NCBI GenBank assembly: GCA_032718475.1
Contig: JAUCBJ010007930.1
Location: 1-64,000, forward strand
Direction: 5' to 3'
Source of the DNA: Nemertoderma westbladi
Lineage: Eukaryota; Animalia; Xenacoelomorpha
DNA: 64,000 bases
Shown: positions 24,707 through 37,171 of the stretch, one piece after another
How the letters are laid out: each line of letters begins with the position of its first letter
How positions within the stretch are numbered: the first letter of the stretch is position 1
Position numbers and translations under genes: made by a program
The notes under the pieces: generated by a model
What the model was told of the DNA's origin: nothing
The model's database searches: none
The model's input: only the letters and a program-made list of their open reading frames with translations

Positions 24707-25642
24707 GGATGGGTGGAATTTAAGACAACACCTGAAAACGATGACAACACTCAGCCACAGTCAACAAATGGTTGACCATTATCAAAAATAGCCACAAACA
24801 ATGTAAATAACTGCAGATCGCAGTCCTAAAAGTAATTCTGCCAAGTTTCAGCTCCGCATATCACCAGGCAAGTCACAGGAAAACAGTCAAACGTCTGGGG
24901 ACAACATTGAATCGTTATCCGTCCTGCCGTTTGTTGGTCGATCTGTCGCCGAATGTTTGAAGGCTAATAAACAATCTTTAATGGGATTAATAGGTAAAGG
25001 TTGAAATAGTGATGCCCTTATGTACAGCTGTAATGGTACGGTAAACTTGCGATACAGCGAGTTTCCGTCAGTATAAAAATATGAGGCGCAATTTGGATTA
25101 TTTATACACTTCTTAATCTTTGTGTAAGTCCTATATCTACCGAAGAATATGTTGGAATATGTTGGATACCGGTATCTGAAGGAAGACTGCGTGTGTTGTG
25201 AAGGGCGATTTAATCGATTTCATTAAGAGCTAGCAGTGGAATCGCAGAGGAAGTAATAGTCAATTAATTTAAAAGCGTTGTAATTGCTATTGTTTTCCTA
25301 ATTTCACCGTTAAGATACCCCACAAATGAACCACTAACTGATACATAAACTACATACAAACTGTAGGCCTAACTGGTGAACAGTATTACTGTATTGCAGA
25401 ATACCGAATTCATAATTTTGAGTGTTGTCCGGACATTTTGTGTGTTGTCCCAGACGTTTGACTGTTTTCCTGTGACTTGCATGGTGATATGCGGAGCTGA
25501 AACTTGGCAGAATTACTTTTAGGACTGCGTTCTACTGTTATTTACATTGTTTCTGGCCATTTATGATTATGGTCTAACCATTTGTTGACTGTGGCTGAGT
25601 GTTGTCACCGTTTTTAGGTGTTGTCACAAATTTAAACTATCC
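24707..25642. mobile_element. Non-autonomous Mutator-like (MULE) MITE
   Basis: ~200-bp TIRs (24707-24906 / 25443-25642) and a 9-bp TSD cagaacaag at 24698-24706 and 25643-25651. Confidence 0.85.
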
Positions 25643-26364
25643 CAGAACAAGTCCAGAAACAAAGCGGTCCAAACTACCAGGTTCCTATAAACTTTCCAAG
25701 TTTGGCGATGTTGCGATGGAAGGTGATTGAGGAACGTAGCTCTTCTAACCGATAAATAATTACAAGTATTGTCTACAAATTATCTGGCTGATTATCAAAT
25801 TGTAATATGCTATGATTCCCGTTTACTGTTAGAAATTACCGGCCACTACAACCTGCTCCTTTCTCTTAACGGCTTATTACCGGGCGAAAATTGGAAGCGG
25901 AGGAATATTGCACCCAATCGTCTAACAAAACTTGATCAGTGTTTACTGTAGTTTGCGTAGTTTTCCTAGACTCTAACGTCTTGTCTTTCTGCGATTTTTC
26001 AAACACTTTCAGAATTAAGTGAAACAACAACACCAATGTTTCATTTATTTATAAAACATTAAAACATTCCATTATTTATGATTCCATTCGTATTTATAGA
26101 AATAATTGTGTTAATATTATTTCATAGTTTCATATTCATGATCTCAATAAAATATTGTTTTAGTTGATACTTTGCTTTGGGGAGGATCCGGGAAGGTGTC
26201 CCGAGCTCTGATTGGTTCCTTTATGTTCAGCAGTAACTGAACTCGACAAACCGCAATCTCGTTGCAACAGCTAGGATGAATTACTTGAATTAAAAGCAGA
26301 TTGTACAATTTTTAAAGAATAGTTTGAATTTTTAGAGATTTAACTACTTCAATGTAATTTCAGC

Positions 26365-26790
26365 AATAATAATAATAATTATAAAATAATTAAATTATAT
26401 AGCGCCCTATACATTATATTCTAGGAGCTTAAAAAATAACCTGTAGTAAACAATTCAAATATTAGCTAAAAGATCTAAAAAACATGTAAAAGCAATAATT
26501 TAAGTAAAAAAAGTTTAAGAAATACAGTCCGGTCTACAGTAGGTATGGTGGACTGTAAAAATACAGTCCATTATGGTATGTATTCATTGGCCATATTCCA
26601 GTAGTAGTGGGTCTTCATTAGCTTCTTGAAGGAGATCAGTGAAGTCTCTGTTCATTCCATAATGACAGTGCAGCAACGATCAACGAAGGAAGCAGGATTC
26701 CTGTAAATATCGAGATTGTAACGGGGTACCATAAGCAACCCTTCATTGCTGGTGCACAAGGTTCGTTCGGGATGAAAGTTAGTCAAGCAA
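26365..26790 (-). mobile_element. Decayed 3' end of an L2/CR1-type LINE
   Basis: Minus-strand peptides VAALSLWNE and SLISFKKLMKTHYY resemble the ORF2 C-terminal motif. (aat)n tract at the element 3' end. Confidence 0.55.
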
Positions 26791-27923
26791 CTTCCTTTTT
26801 GTCTGCATTAATTAAAAAAAAATGCTTTTTGTCCAACTTTGGTCAATCAATCTCACATTAAGTTACTACTTACTGTCTATTACATTAATCTCATGTCCTA
26901 GGATTGAAAAGATTGTGCTCAGCATCATTGTGCTCATTATCATTATCGCATTATCATTATAGCTGCTGACCCTACACATCTATTATAGGCACTTTGGAAC
27001 GGCTCTCTTGAGCTGATTCTAGTTCATGTATACAGTATTAGCTGGTTTACAACCGTGCCTTCTCTATTAACGGAGATATATCTACACCAAGTTGGAAATT
27101 GGTCGAAAATTCTTCAATAGTTCAGGATTCAAGCGAACCTTCTTAATAATAGGATAGCTTATTTGTAGGCCTACAGTGTTGGAAAGATCAGCTGATAATG
27201 ATAAGTTAATGATCATAGTTAATATCGTTAATAATAGTTCCCACATTTTGTTTCACTAAGAAAGTTGGTATGGGGTCCTGTGGACTTGATTTGGGTTTAA
27301 AATATACTGTATGTATCAATTATCATTTTTCATTGATTTATTTATCCTGTATGTCAAGACGAATTCAACGTCAGCCATTTAGGTATCATCACATATATCC
27401 TGTTCCTCTAATTCATCCCATATTTTTGCAATTTTGGTTTCACAATTTTTTTTTTTCACAATTTTGGTTTGGCAAATCGATTAGCCAATTCGACAGTTGA
27501 GACATGCTATGGTAGAACGCAAGGTGTTGCATTACAAGAGTTTATTTACATTAGACCATAATAGTTTCTGGTCACAAGAGTTGGAATTCAGGATCCCCTG
27601 TAAATCGAATGCACTGTTGCTGCAGATACCACTTCACATTTATTTGCAAATGTGATTCTATCAATTTCGATATTTTCTATAACGCCGCTCCAGCTGTTTT
27701 CTCTTCCTCTTTTCGCTACTATTAATCAAGGTGCTATTGGTCGTTTAGCCACTTGATACTGGCACACTGGAGCCCAAAATTTTGTTGCGTTTTGATACAA
27801 TATCATTGTCAAATACAATACAATAGTCAATAAGAAATACTCTAATCGTTCCGTTGAGTGTTGGGGTTCTTTGTTTTCCGAAAGGAACTCGGAAAGGACG
27901 TTAACACCTTACAATTATTACAT

Positions 27924-28550
27924 ACTAATACTACTAATATACTACTCTGTCGGCATGCTGTATTGCAGTTGAATTAGATATATTAGTCCTACTGTATATT
28001 AAGAGTGCTGTGCCGCCGTTTATTGACAAAATTGCGCCGCCACAACTCCGTATCACCCATGACATTTGCTATATCATCCGCATCTTCAAGGCCAGTGTCC
28101 TTTAAGATGCGTCTCAAGAAAGTCATGGGCTATCCAAATGCTTATTCACTCCATGAGGCCGCCAAAGCACAAAATTATGCACTGGCTGGGAGGCAATATC
28201 ATACAAAGCGGAGGCGGCTCCGTTCAAGTGTCAAGCTAGGGGAGACTATTGAAACACTTCCAATGTTGTATATTGTTGATTGGAGATGTACTTGACCCAA
28301 TGAACCCGGCGCAGCATTCCTGTGAAAGTGCCATCCAGAAATTTGGTGTCCTCTGCAGATTTGGTAGCCCTGCATGGACTCCCATAAGAGTACTGGTATT
28401 ACTACTGCCATAAATAATAGAACCTTGAGATTCCGTTTTATTCTATGGGACTTCCTAATTCTGGACAGACTATTCAATGCTGCCCATACCTTCCCCTTAC
28501 GTATCCGAAGGTCTTCACCAGACTTTTTGATCCATCCATGATACCAAGTA
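27924..28550 (-). mobile_element. 5'-truncated RTE-type LINE fragment, copy A
   Basis: LRIRKGKVWAALNSLSRIRKS..RNLKVLLFMAVV post-RT motif, (tag)n-like tail, homologous to 59193-59790. Confidence 0.8.
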
Positions 28551-28808
28551 GTAGAACTCATCATCATGTTCAAGCATTTTAAGCCATCCTTTGGGCTCAT
28601 GCCCTTACGATCAGACATTTATTGACGGATGTCTAGGTTGACTGTCCATGATTTTGGTCTAACTAACTAAATGTTGGTGCACTAGTTAACTAAACTCCAA
28701 CTAACTAAATAAGCTCAAACACCGGTTTAACTAGTTGATCAGATTAACCAGTTGAACATCGCTGCAAATAGAAATAAGGTAAGAAAACGAAATAAAATTA
28801 GGACCAAA

Positions 28809-31800
28809 ATGGCGAAGTATATTATCTCACTTTTCACTTTGTCTCTGATGGTTATGGGAAGTTCATCTTATGGGTTGAAGAAAAGAGAATTGACAAATTT
28901 ACTAAACAACATTAAGAGAGGTGAGTCTATTTAATATGTACAGTAGGTTAGTACAGTAGAAGAGGGTTGGAGCTTGAAAGGAACCAAAACAATAACGAGA
29001 GTTATGAATACTGTAGGAAACTGGATTTAATTTTTAATCAACAACTGCTTGGTTTGAGAATCAACAGCCAGAGGTCTACCGACAAACCGTGTCCCAGGGG
29101 AATCACCCCCCACCCGCTCTCCCTACCTAATATATGCCCCCCTTGCACGATCGCCTAGCACGTGCGCTAGTTCCAAGAATCACTAGAAGTACAGTATGAG
29201 AGAGAAATAAATAACAATGACTAAAAGTAATTAAAACAACCAAGCGAGGACCAACAGGGGTTAGAGCCGTGCGGTGCATGAAATAAATACCACCAAACCA
29301 CAACCATACCGGTAACCATACCAACAGGGGTTAGAGCCGTGCGGTGCATGAAATAAATACCACCAAACCACAACCATACCGGTAGCCATACCAACAGGGG
29401 TTAGAGCCGTGCGGTGCATGAAATAAATACCACCAAACCACAACCATACCGGTACCCATACCAACAGGGGTTAGAGCCGTGCGGTGCATGAAATAAATAC
29501 CACCAAATCACAACCATACCGGTACCCATACCAACAGGGGTTAGAGCCGTGCGGTGCATGAAATAAATACCACCAAATCACAACCATACCGGTACCCATA
29601 CCAACAGGGGTTAGAGCCGTGCGGTGTATGAAATAAATACCACCAAATCACAACTATACCGGTACCCATACCAACAGGGGTTAGAGCCGTGCGGTGCATG
29701 AAATAAATACCACCAAATCACAACTATACCGGTACCCATACCAACAGGGGTTAGAGCCGTGCGGTGCATGAAATAAATACCATCAAACCACAACCATACC
29801 GGTACCCATACCAACAGGGGTTAGAGCCGTGCGGTGCATGAAATAAATACCACCAAATCACAACTATACCGGTACCCATACCAACAGGGGTTAGAGCCGT
29901 GCGGTGCATGAAATAAATACCACCAAACCACAACCATACCGGTACCCATACCAACAGGGGTTAAAGCCGTGCGGTGTATGAAATAAATACCACCAAATCA
30001 CAACCATACCGGTACCCATACCAACAGGGGTTAGAGCCGTGCGGTGCATGAAATAAATACCACCAAACCACAACCATACCGGTACCAATACCAACAGGGG
30101 TTAGAGCCGTGCGGTGCATGAAATAAATACCACCAAATCACAACCATACCGGTACCCATACCAACAGGAGGCAGGGAGGGCAGGAGGGGTTAAAGCCGTG
30201 CGGTGTATGAAATAAATACCACCAAATCACAACCATACCGGTACCCATACCAACAGGGGTTAGAGCCGTGCGGTGCATGAAATAAATACCACCAAACCAC
30301 AACCATACCGGTACCAATACCAACAGGGGTTAGAGCCGTGCGGTGTATGAAATAAATACCACCAAACCACAACCATACCGGAACCCATACCAACAGGGGA
30401 TAGAGCCGTGCGGTGCATGAAATAAATACCACCAAACCACAACCATACCGGTACCCATACCAACAGGGGTTAGAGCCGTGCGGTGCATGAAATAAATACC
30501 ACCAAACCACAACCATACCGGTACCCATACCAACAGGGGTTAGAGCCGTGCGGTGCATGAAATAAATACCACCAAACCACAACCATACCGGAACCCATAC
30601 CAACAGGGGATAGAGCCGTGCGGTGCATGAAATAAATACCACCAAACCACAACCATACCGGTACCCATACCAACAGGGGTTAGAGCCGTGCGGTGCATGA
30701 AATAAATACCACCAAATCACAACCATACCGGTACCCATACCAACAGGGGTAAGAGCCGTGCGGTGCATGAAATAAATACCACCAAACCACAACCATACCG
30801 GTACCCATACCAACAGCGTGATAGATAGATATATTTTTTGTGACTAATTACCAATTAATTCTGCAGATACATGTGGCGGTATTTGGTGCAAAGACCACAG
30901 CCATTGCATTTCCGTAAAAAGTGTTTGTGACGACAAGACAGATTGTGATGACGCCAGCGACGAAGATCCAATTCACATCTGCAGTAAGTCTGAGTTCTAG
31001 GCAGGGCCGGAATTTTTTAAGTCTGATTTCTATATTCTAGGCTACTGTAAACATACAGTAGCCTAGAATATAGAAATCAGACTTTAAAAAAATCTAGATA
31101 GACATACATTATTAATTTCTACGTAAACACATTTTAAAAGTAAATTCTACGCTCCTGGTTTTGGTGCTGGCATGAAGAATTGTATTTGGAATACTCTGAA
31201 TTAAATTTTTTTAATAATTTTACCGGAAACTTAAATACCATTTGGGGTAAAAATTTATGGTATGGTAAAATCTTATAGCAGGATTGGGCGACAAATAGTA
31301 GGCCTATATGTCTTCGCTGCGGGGTGATGCTTGGTTTTACTTAAAAATATATAGAATGTATACTGTAAGTTGAGGCAAAGACGTTTGAATAAAATAATTA
31401 ATTGTACATATTCATTTGATTTTTTTCCACAGCTTTCTCTATTGGTTTACCTAAACCACACTTTTATACAGTATGTGCAATTAAGAGGCATCATATTGCA
31501 TGTTAGTAAAGTATTTCCGTGGCAGTTCCAGTAGGTACTGCATAGGCCTACAGTAGGCTAGCTTGAAGATGGTACGAGTTTGGGTGACCTGACCTACAGT
31601 AGGCTAGCTCGAAGATGGTACGAGTTCGGGTGACCTGGCCTACAGTAGGCTAGCTCGAAGATGGTACCAGCTTGGGTGACCTGGCCTACAGTAGGCTAGC
31701 TCGAAGATGGTACGAGTTCGGGTGACCTGGCCTACAGTAGGCTAGCTCGAAGATGGTACGAGTTTGGGTGACCTGACCTACAGTGGGCTAGCTCGAAGAT

Positions 31801-32610
31801 GGTACGAGTTTGGGTGACCTGGCCTACAGTAGGCTAGCTCGAAGATGGTACGAGTTTGGGTGACCTGGCCTACAGTGGGCTAGCTCGAAGATATGGTACG
31901 AGTTTGGGTGACCTGGCCTACAGTAGGCTAGCTCGAAGATGGTACGAGTTCGGGTGACCTGGCCTACAGTAGGCTAGCTCGAAGATGGTACGAGTTTGGG
32001 TGACCTGGCCTACAGTAGGCTAGCTCGAAGATGGTACGAGTTTGGGTGACCTGGCCTACAGTAGGCTAGCTCGAAGATGGTACGAGTTTGGGTGACCTGG
32101 CCTACAGTAGGCTAGCTCGAAGATGGTACGAGTTTGGGTGACCTGGCCTACAGTAGGCTAGCTCGAAGATGGTATGAGTTTGGGTGACCTGGCCTACAGT
32201 AGGCTAGCTCGAAGATGGTACGAGTTTGGGTGACCTGGCCTACAGTAGGCTAGCTCGAAGATGGTACGAGTTTGGGTGACCTGGCCTACAGTAGGCTAGC
32301 TCGAAGATGGTACGAGTTTGGGTGACCTGGCCTACAGTAGGCTAGCTCGAAGATGGTACGAGTTTGGGTGACCTATCACATGCACTAGCCTATCCACAGA
32401 AGTACTGCCAAAAAGTCAGCGCTTGCAATCGCCGATTTTAATTAATTTTAATGATAATATTACCTTTCAGACAAGGATTCGTGCTTAATGACATGCAACG
32501 ATGACGTTACATGTTTGTCGCCTCTGTTTCTCTGCGACGGAATAAAGCAATGCGAAGGGGGAGAGGATGAGGACCCAGGTCACTGCGAATGGGAACCAAC
32601 GGTTGTCTAG
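28809..32610 (+). CDS. Small secreted prepro-protein with two LDL-receptor class A modules, 122 aa; exons 28809-28920, 30867-30983, 32471-32610
   Basis: Signal-like MAKYIISLFTLSLMVMGSSS, then KKR and KR sites. Donors gtgagt/gtaagt, acceptors ctgcag/tttcag, both introns phase 1. LDLa: CGGIWCKDHSHCISVKSVCDDKTDCDDASDEDPIHIC and CLMTCNDDVTCLSPLFLCDGIKQCEGGEDEDPGHC. AATAAA at ~32776-32786. Confidence 0.88.
29250..30816. repeat. 70-bp minisatellite x~22 in intron 1 of the LDLa gene
   Basis: Unit ccaacaggggttagagccgtgcggtgcatgaaataaataccaccaaaccacaaccataccggtacccata. One 19-bp G-rich insertion near 30168-30187. Confidence 0.98.
31019..31084. repeat. Perfect 31-bp-stem hairpin with 4-nt loop
   Basis: aagtctgatttctatattctaggctactgta-aaca-tacagtagcctagaatatagaaatcagactt. 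Confidence 0.95.
31545..32375. repeat. 46-bp minisatellite x~18 in intron 2 of the LDLa gene
   Basis: Unit ctacagtaggctagctcgaagatggtacgagtttgggtgacctggc. Confidence 0.98.
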
Positions 32611-35244
32611 CAACATAAACTCTTCACCAAAAAACAAAATATTATTTCCTATCTTATAAAAAACTCATAAATGTTACAATTATTCATGTTTTAACCTTGG
32701 TGTATGGTTGTTTCCCGATCATTTATTCTGTTGGTGGTGTATTTTTTATCCCTTCAGGCAATACGGACCAAGGAAAATAAAATAAATTATATAAATTCAA
32801 AATACCGTCCATGCTAAACTCGACTACAAGAATTTAATGTACATACGTATATTTCATAAAATGTGGCAGATTAGGACTTAAACGCTTTCAAATAATAAAA
32901 AACACAGAAAACTTGAAAATAATCACAATTATTTTTGAGATTTTCCCGTATGTTTTAAACAATTTTAAAACTCAACTAACTACAGTATGAAACGATAAAT
33001 TACCCTTGAATCTCCCCAGACCAACACGTCATGGTGATGGTGAATTCCATGGTGGACAACGTAAATTCCGTACAGATACAAACCATCCGATGGCGGATTG
33101 GGGGTTAAGGTTGAATTGGACTGAATACAAATAAGTAGTTAATCGGTCACAACAAATGACATGTTTTTTGACAACTCGTTTACGGTTAAGTGACTTTATA
33201 CTATAAGTGACTTATACTATATCCTACCATAAGATACTTCACTGTATCTTAATTAAGCCGTTGTGTACTCGTTACTTGGGCCGAACAAGTGTTAATAACC
33301 TCGGTGCTTCAGGTTAATTACATCAATGCGTCAAGGATAGTAACAGAGCATCTTATGGTAAATATTATGTCGTTTAGATTTAGGGAAACTTGTTTGAATT
33401 GATTACTAGAAGAATAATTGCTTACTATAGAGGCGAGGCGGATGGGTTATATTTAACAGAAAGTAGGGGCGAAGAAGCCACCAGCAGAAGAAATAACACC
33501 TTTACTATGGCAATACAGAAGTAATTAAAATCAGAGTTCAAAAGTAACAACATCCTTGGGAAAGAATAAGCGTAAATCATTATAAAGTAATTTTATAAAA
33601 AATAAGTAACATTTTTTAATTAAATCTATGTTTTCCACACGCGCCAAATTAAGATACTTTCGTAGCGAGGGGGGGTATCGCAGTTTGTAGTTGTCTAAAG
33701 TTACCGGACTCCCGAAACTCTGTAGGACATTATGTCAGCTGGAACATATTTTTCGCAATGGGTTATGGTTATCCAGTAGAAGTGGCCCACGACGTTAGGA
33801 ACTCCATTAACGCGATGCACATTGTGGTTGTAGAAGATTCCTAATACCGGCTGAGGAATGATTAATATATCCCGGCCTTTTCCTGATTTAAGGGAGATAA
33901 ATAAATCACGTCTGCTGCGCAATGCGGCGCGGTACACTGTGATGTAACCATTATGTTGCGAAACATCGCCCCTGTAGTGCTGCAGCCCGAGCCATTGCAC
34001 ATGCAAACCGCGTGAGTGGACAATGAAAATAAATAACGAGTACATGAATGGAATAATATCCTTGAATTAATATACTTCCTTACGTTCCCATTAACTGGTA
34101 ACTCTATGATACATTAGATAGGGATTGGTTCGTGATTACTGTGTGTATAAATTAATTTAATGTGAAAGAGCAATCAAAATGAATTCTTTCCAGGAGAAAA
34201 ACAACGCAGATTTAATTCGATAGAAGAGGTTTAATTCGTCGAGATGGATTACCACCACCCCGCACCCACCCACCCTACATACAACATCTGTGAACATGTG
34301 TCGGATAGTGAGGAAAATTGCAATTGAAGATTAAAATACATATAAACTACTTTTAACAGTTTGTAGATAGGAGTAATCGATGTACGCTGGTAATTTTCCA
34401 GTGTCACTTTTGTCTGCAAAGTAATTAAGTTTGTTTTCTAATATTTAAACTATCAGAGGGATAGTATTGACGTTCTCTTCCATCATCTGAGCGAATCAAC
34501 AATGCAAATTATTACCATGTTAATTTAGTTGAGTTTGTGGGACAGAGTCCAACAATAAGCCCAGCAGCACAGCATGTAGGAGGCATAATTAGGGTTATTC
34601 AATATGCGGCAGATTTAATGCACCTGAGCAAATCGCAGGAAGAACAGGAAGTACACAGAATCGTACAGGAAAATCGGGAGGGTTCTCAGTGAGTCCGGAT
34701 GTGTTGACAAGAATTCTTCCTTCCTTTAATAAATTTATTTGGAATTATCGAGAGTACGGGATGTTTCCGGTGTCGAATATTCGCCGAACTACAATCAATC
34801 AACTAAAGTCGCAGAGTCTCAGAACGATAACAGAGAGCACATTATTGGTGTCAGTTAGCTCAATTAATTGAGCGCACAGTGGAGGTAATACGATCGCTCA
34901 CCAATTAGAGAAATCGTCGAGTTTATCGCGAATAATCATTTGATATTATGGTCATTATGCATTAAACGATTACAAATACTCCATTCTAATGGAGAAATAG
35001 GAAGTTCAATAAAGAATAAATAAAGTATATTGTTATCCCATTCATAATAAATATAATCACTGTTACTGTTGCGACAAGGAAAGGTTCTGTAATAGAAATC
35101 GGTCAAAGCATCAATACATACTGAATAAATAAAATAGCACCTATACTAGCTGATCAATGGATATAGACAATGAATTCCAGTTACTAACAATCAGACGGGT
35201 ACTTTAACAGAAATCAAACAAAACGTAACCAAAGTATCTAAACT

Positions 35245-36733
35245 ACAAACGGTTTATCCATATCGGACATAAAACACAAACGGACCATCCAAGTTGGACA
35301 TAAAACACAAACGGACCATCCAAGTTGGACAGAAAACCCAAACGGACCATCCAAGTTGGACAGAAAACACAAACGGACCATCAAAGTTGGACATAAAACG
35401 CAAACAGACCATCCAAGTTGGACATAAAACACAAGCGGACCATCCAAGTTGGACATAAAACGCAAACGGACCATCAAAGTTTGACATAAAACACAAACGG
35501 ACCATCCAAGTTGGACATAAAACGCAAACGGACCATCAAAGTTGGACATAAAACACAAACGGACCATCCAAGTTGGACATAAAACGCAAACAGACCATCC
35601 AAGTTGGATATAAAACACAAGCGGACCATCCAAGTTGGACATAAAACGCAAACGGACCATCAAAGTTTGACATAAAACACAAACGGACCATCCAAGTTGG
35701 ACATAAAACACAAACCGACCATCCAAGTTGGACATAAAACACAAACGGACCATCCAAGTTGGACATAAAACGCAAACAGACCATCCAAGTTGGACATAAA
35801 ACACAAGCGGACCATCCAAGTTGGACATAAAACACAAACGGACCATCCAAGTTGGACATAAAACACAAGCGGACCATCCAAGTTGGACATAAAACGCAAA
35901 CGGACCATCAAAGTTTGACATAAAACGCAAACGGACCATCCAAGTTGGACATAAAACACAAACGGACCATGCAAGTTGGACATAAAACGCAAACGGACAA
36001 TCAAAGTTTGACATAAAACACAAACGGACCATCCAAGTTGGGCATAAAACGCAAACGGACCATCCAAGTTGGAAATAAAACACAAACGGACCATCCAAGT
36101 TGGACATAAAACGCAAACGGACCATCCAAGTTGGACATAAAACACAAACGGACCATCCAAGTTGGACATAAAACGCAAACGGACCATCAAAGTTTGACAT
36201 AAAACACAAACGGACCATCAAAGTTTGACATAAAACACAAACGGATCCAAATTGTAGACTCAAACGGACCATCCAAGTTGGGCATAAAACGCAAACGGAC
36301 CATCCAAGTTGGACATAAAACACAAACGGACCATCCAAGTTGGACATAAAACGCAAACGGACCATCCAAGTTGGACATAAAACACAAACGGACCATCCAA
36401 GTTGGACATAAAACGCAAACGGACCATCAAAGTTTGACATAAAACACAAACGGACCATCCAAGTTGGACATAAAACGCAAACGGACCATCCAAGTTGGAC
36501 ATAAAACACAAACGGACCATCCAAGTTGGACATAAAACGCAAACGGACCATCCAAGTTGGACATAAAACGCAAACGGACCATCCAAGTTGGACATAAAAC
36601 ACAAACGGACCATCCAAGTTGGACATAAAACACAAGCGGACCATCCAAGTTTGACATAAAACGCAAACGGACCATCCAAGTTGGACATAAAACACAAACG
36701 GACCATCAAAGTTGGACATAAAACGCAAACGGA
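35245..36733. repeat. 31-bp minisatellite x~47
   Basis: Unit aaacggaccatccaagttggacataaaacac. Confidence 0.98.
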
Positions 36734-37171
36734 ACAGGAAACTAAACTATATACAAATGGTACAAACAGAAGATCTAAAAATACACCGTAAATGGAAATT
36801 AAATAGACAAACAGTTAACCAAGCGGACTCAATTATATGATGATCTTACCATAAAAGTACACTGTAAAACTGCACAACAATTATTTTAAAGAAAACTGCA
36901 TAAATAAAAACTAACTGCTTACTGTGTACATTTGTATAAAAATTTAGATAAAACAATATAACAAATATATATAAATTATAGAAACAATAAATACTATATA
37001 TAATGTAATGAATGATAAAGTGCAGCGAGTTGTAATGCGAATGAATAAGTGCATAGCAGTTTTGTTGAATATCTTTAGTGAATCTAGAAGTTCTGCGAAC
37101 CTGGATTACGGCTTCATAGAGTGTGGATCACAATCATAGACTTCAGACTACAACATGGGTCTGGCGACAGA

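Noticed and set aside
33701-34045. 114-aa minus-strand ORF in a slightly GC-richer patch (also 34689-34871 on +)
   Set aside because: No recognisable motif or convincing splice structure; cannot be supported, though not excluded.
29127-36728. ORFs over the 70-bp and 31-bp arrays (up to 496 aa)
   Set aside because: Satellite translations with no unique sequence.
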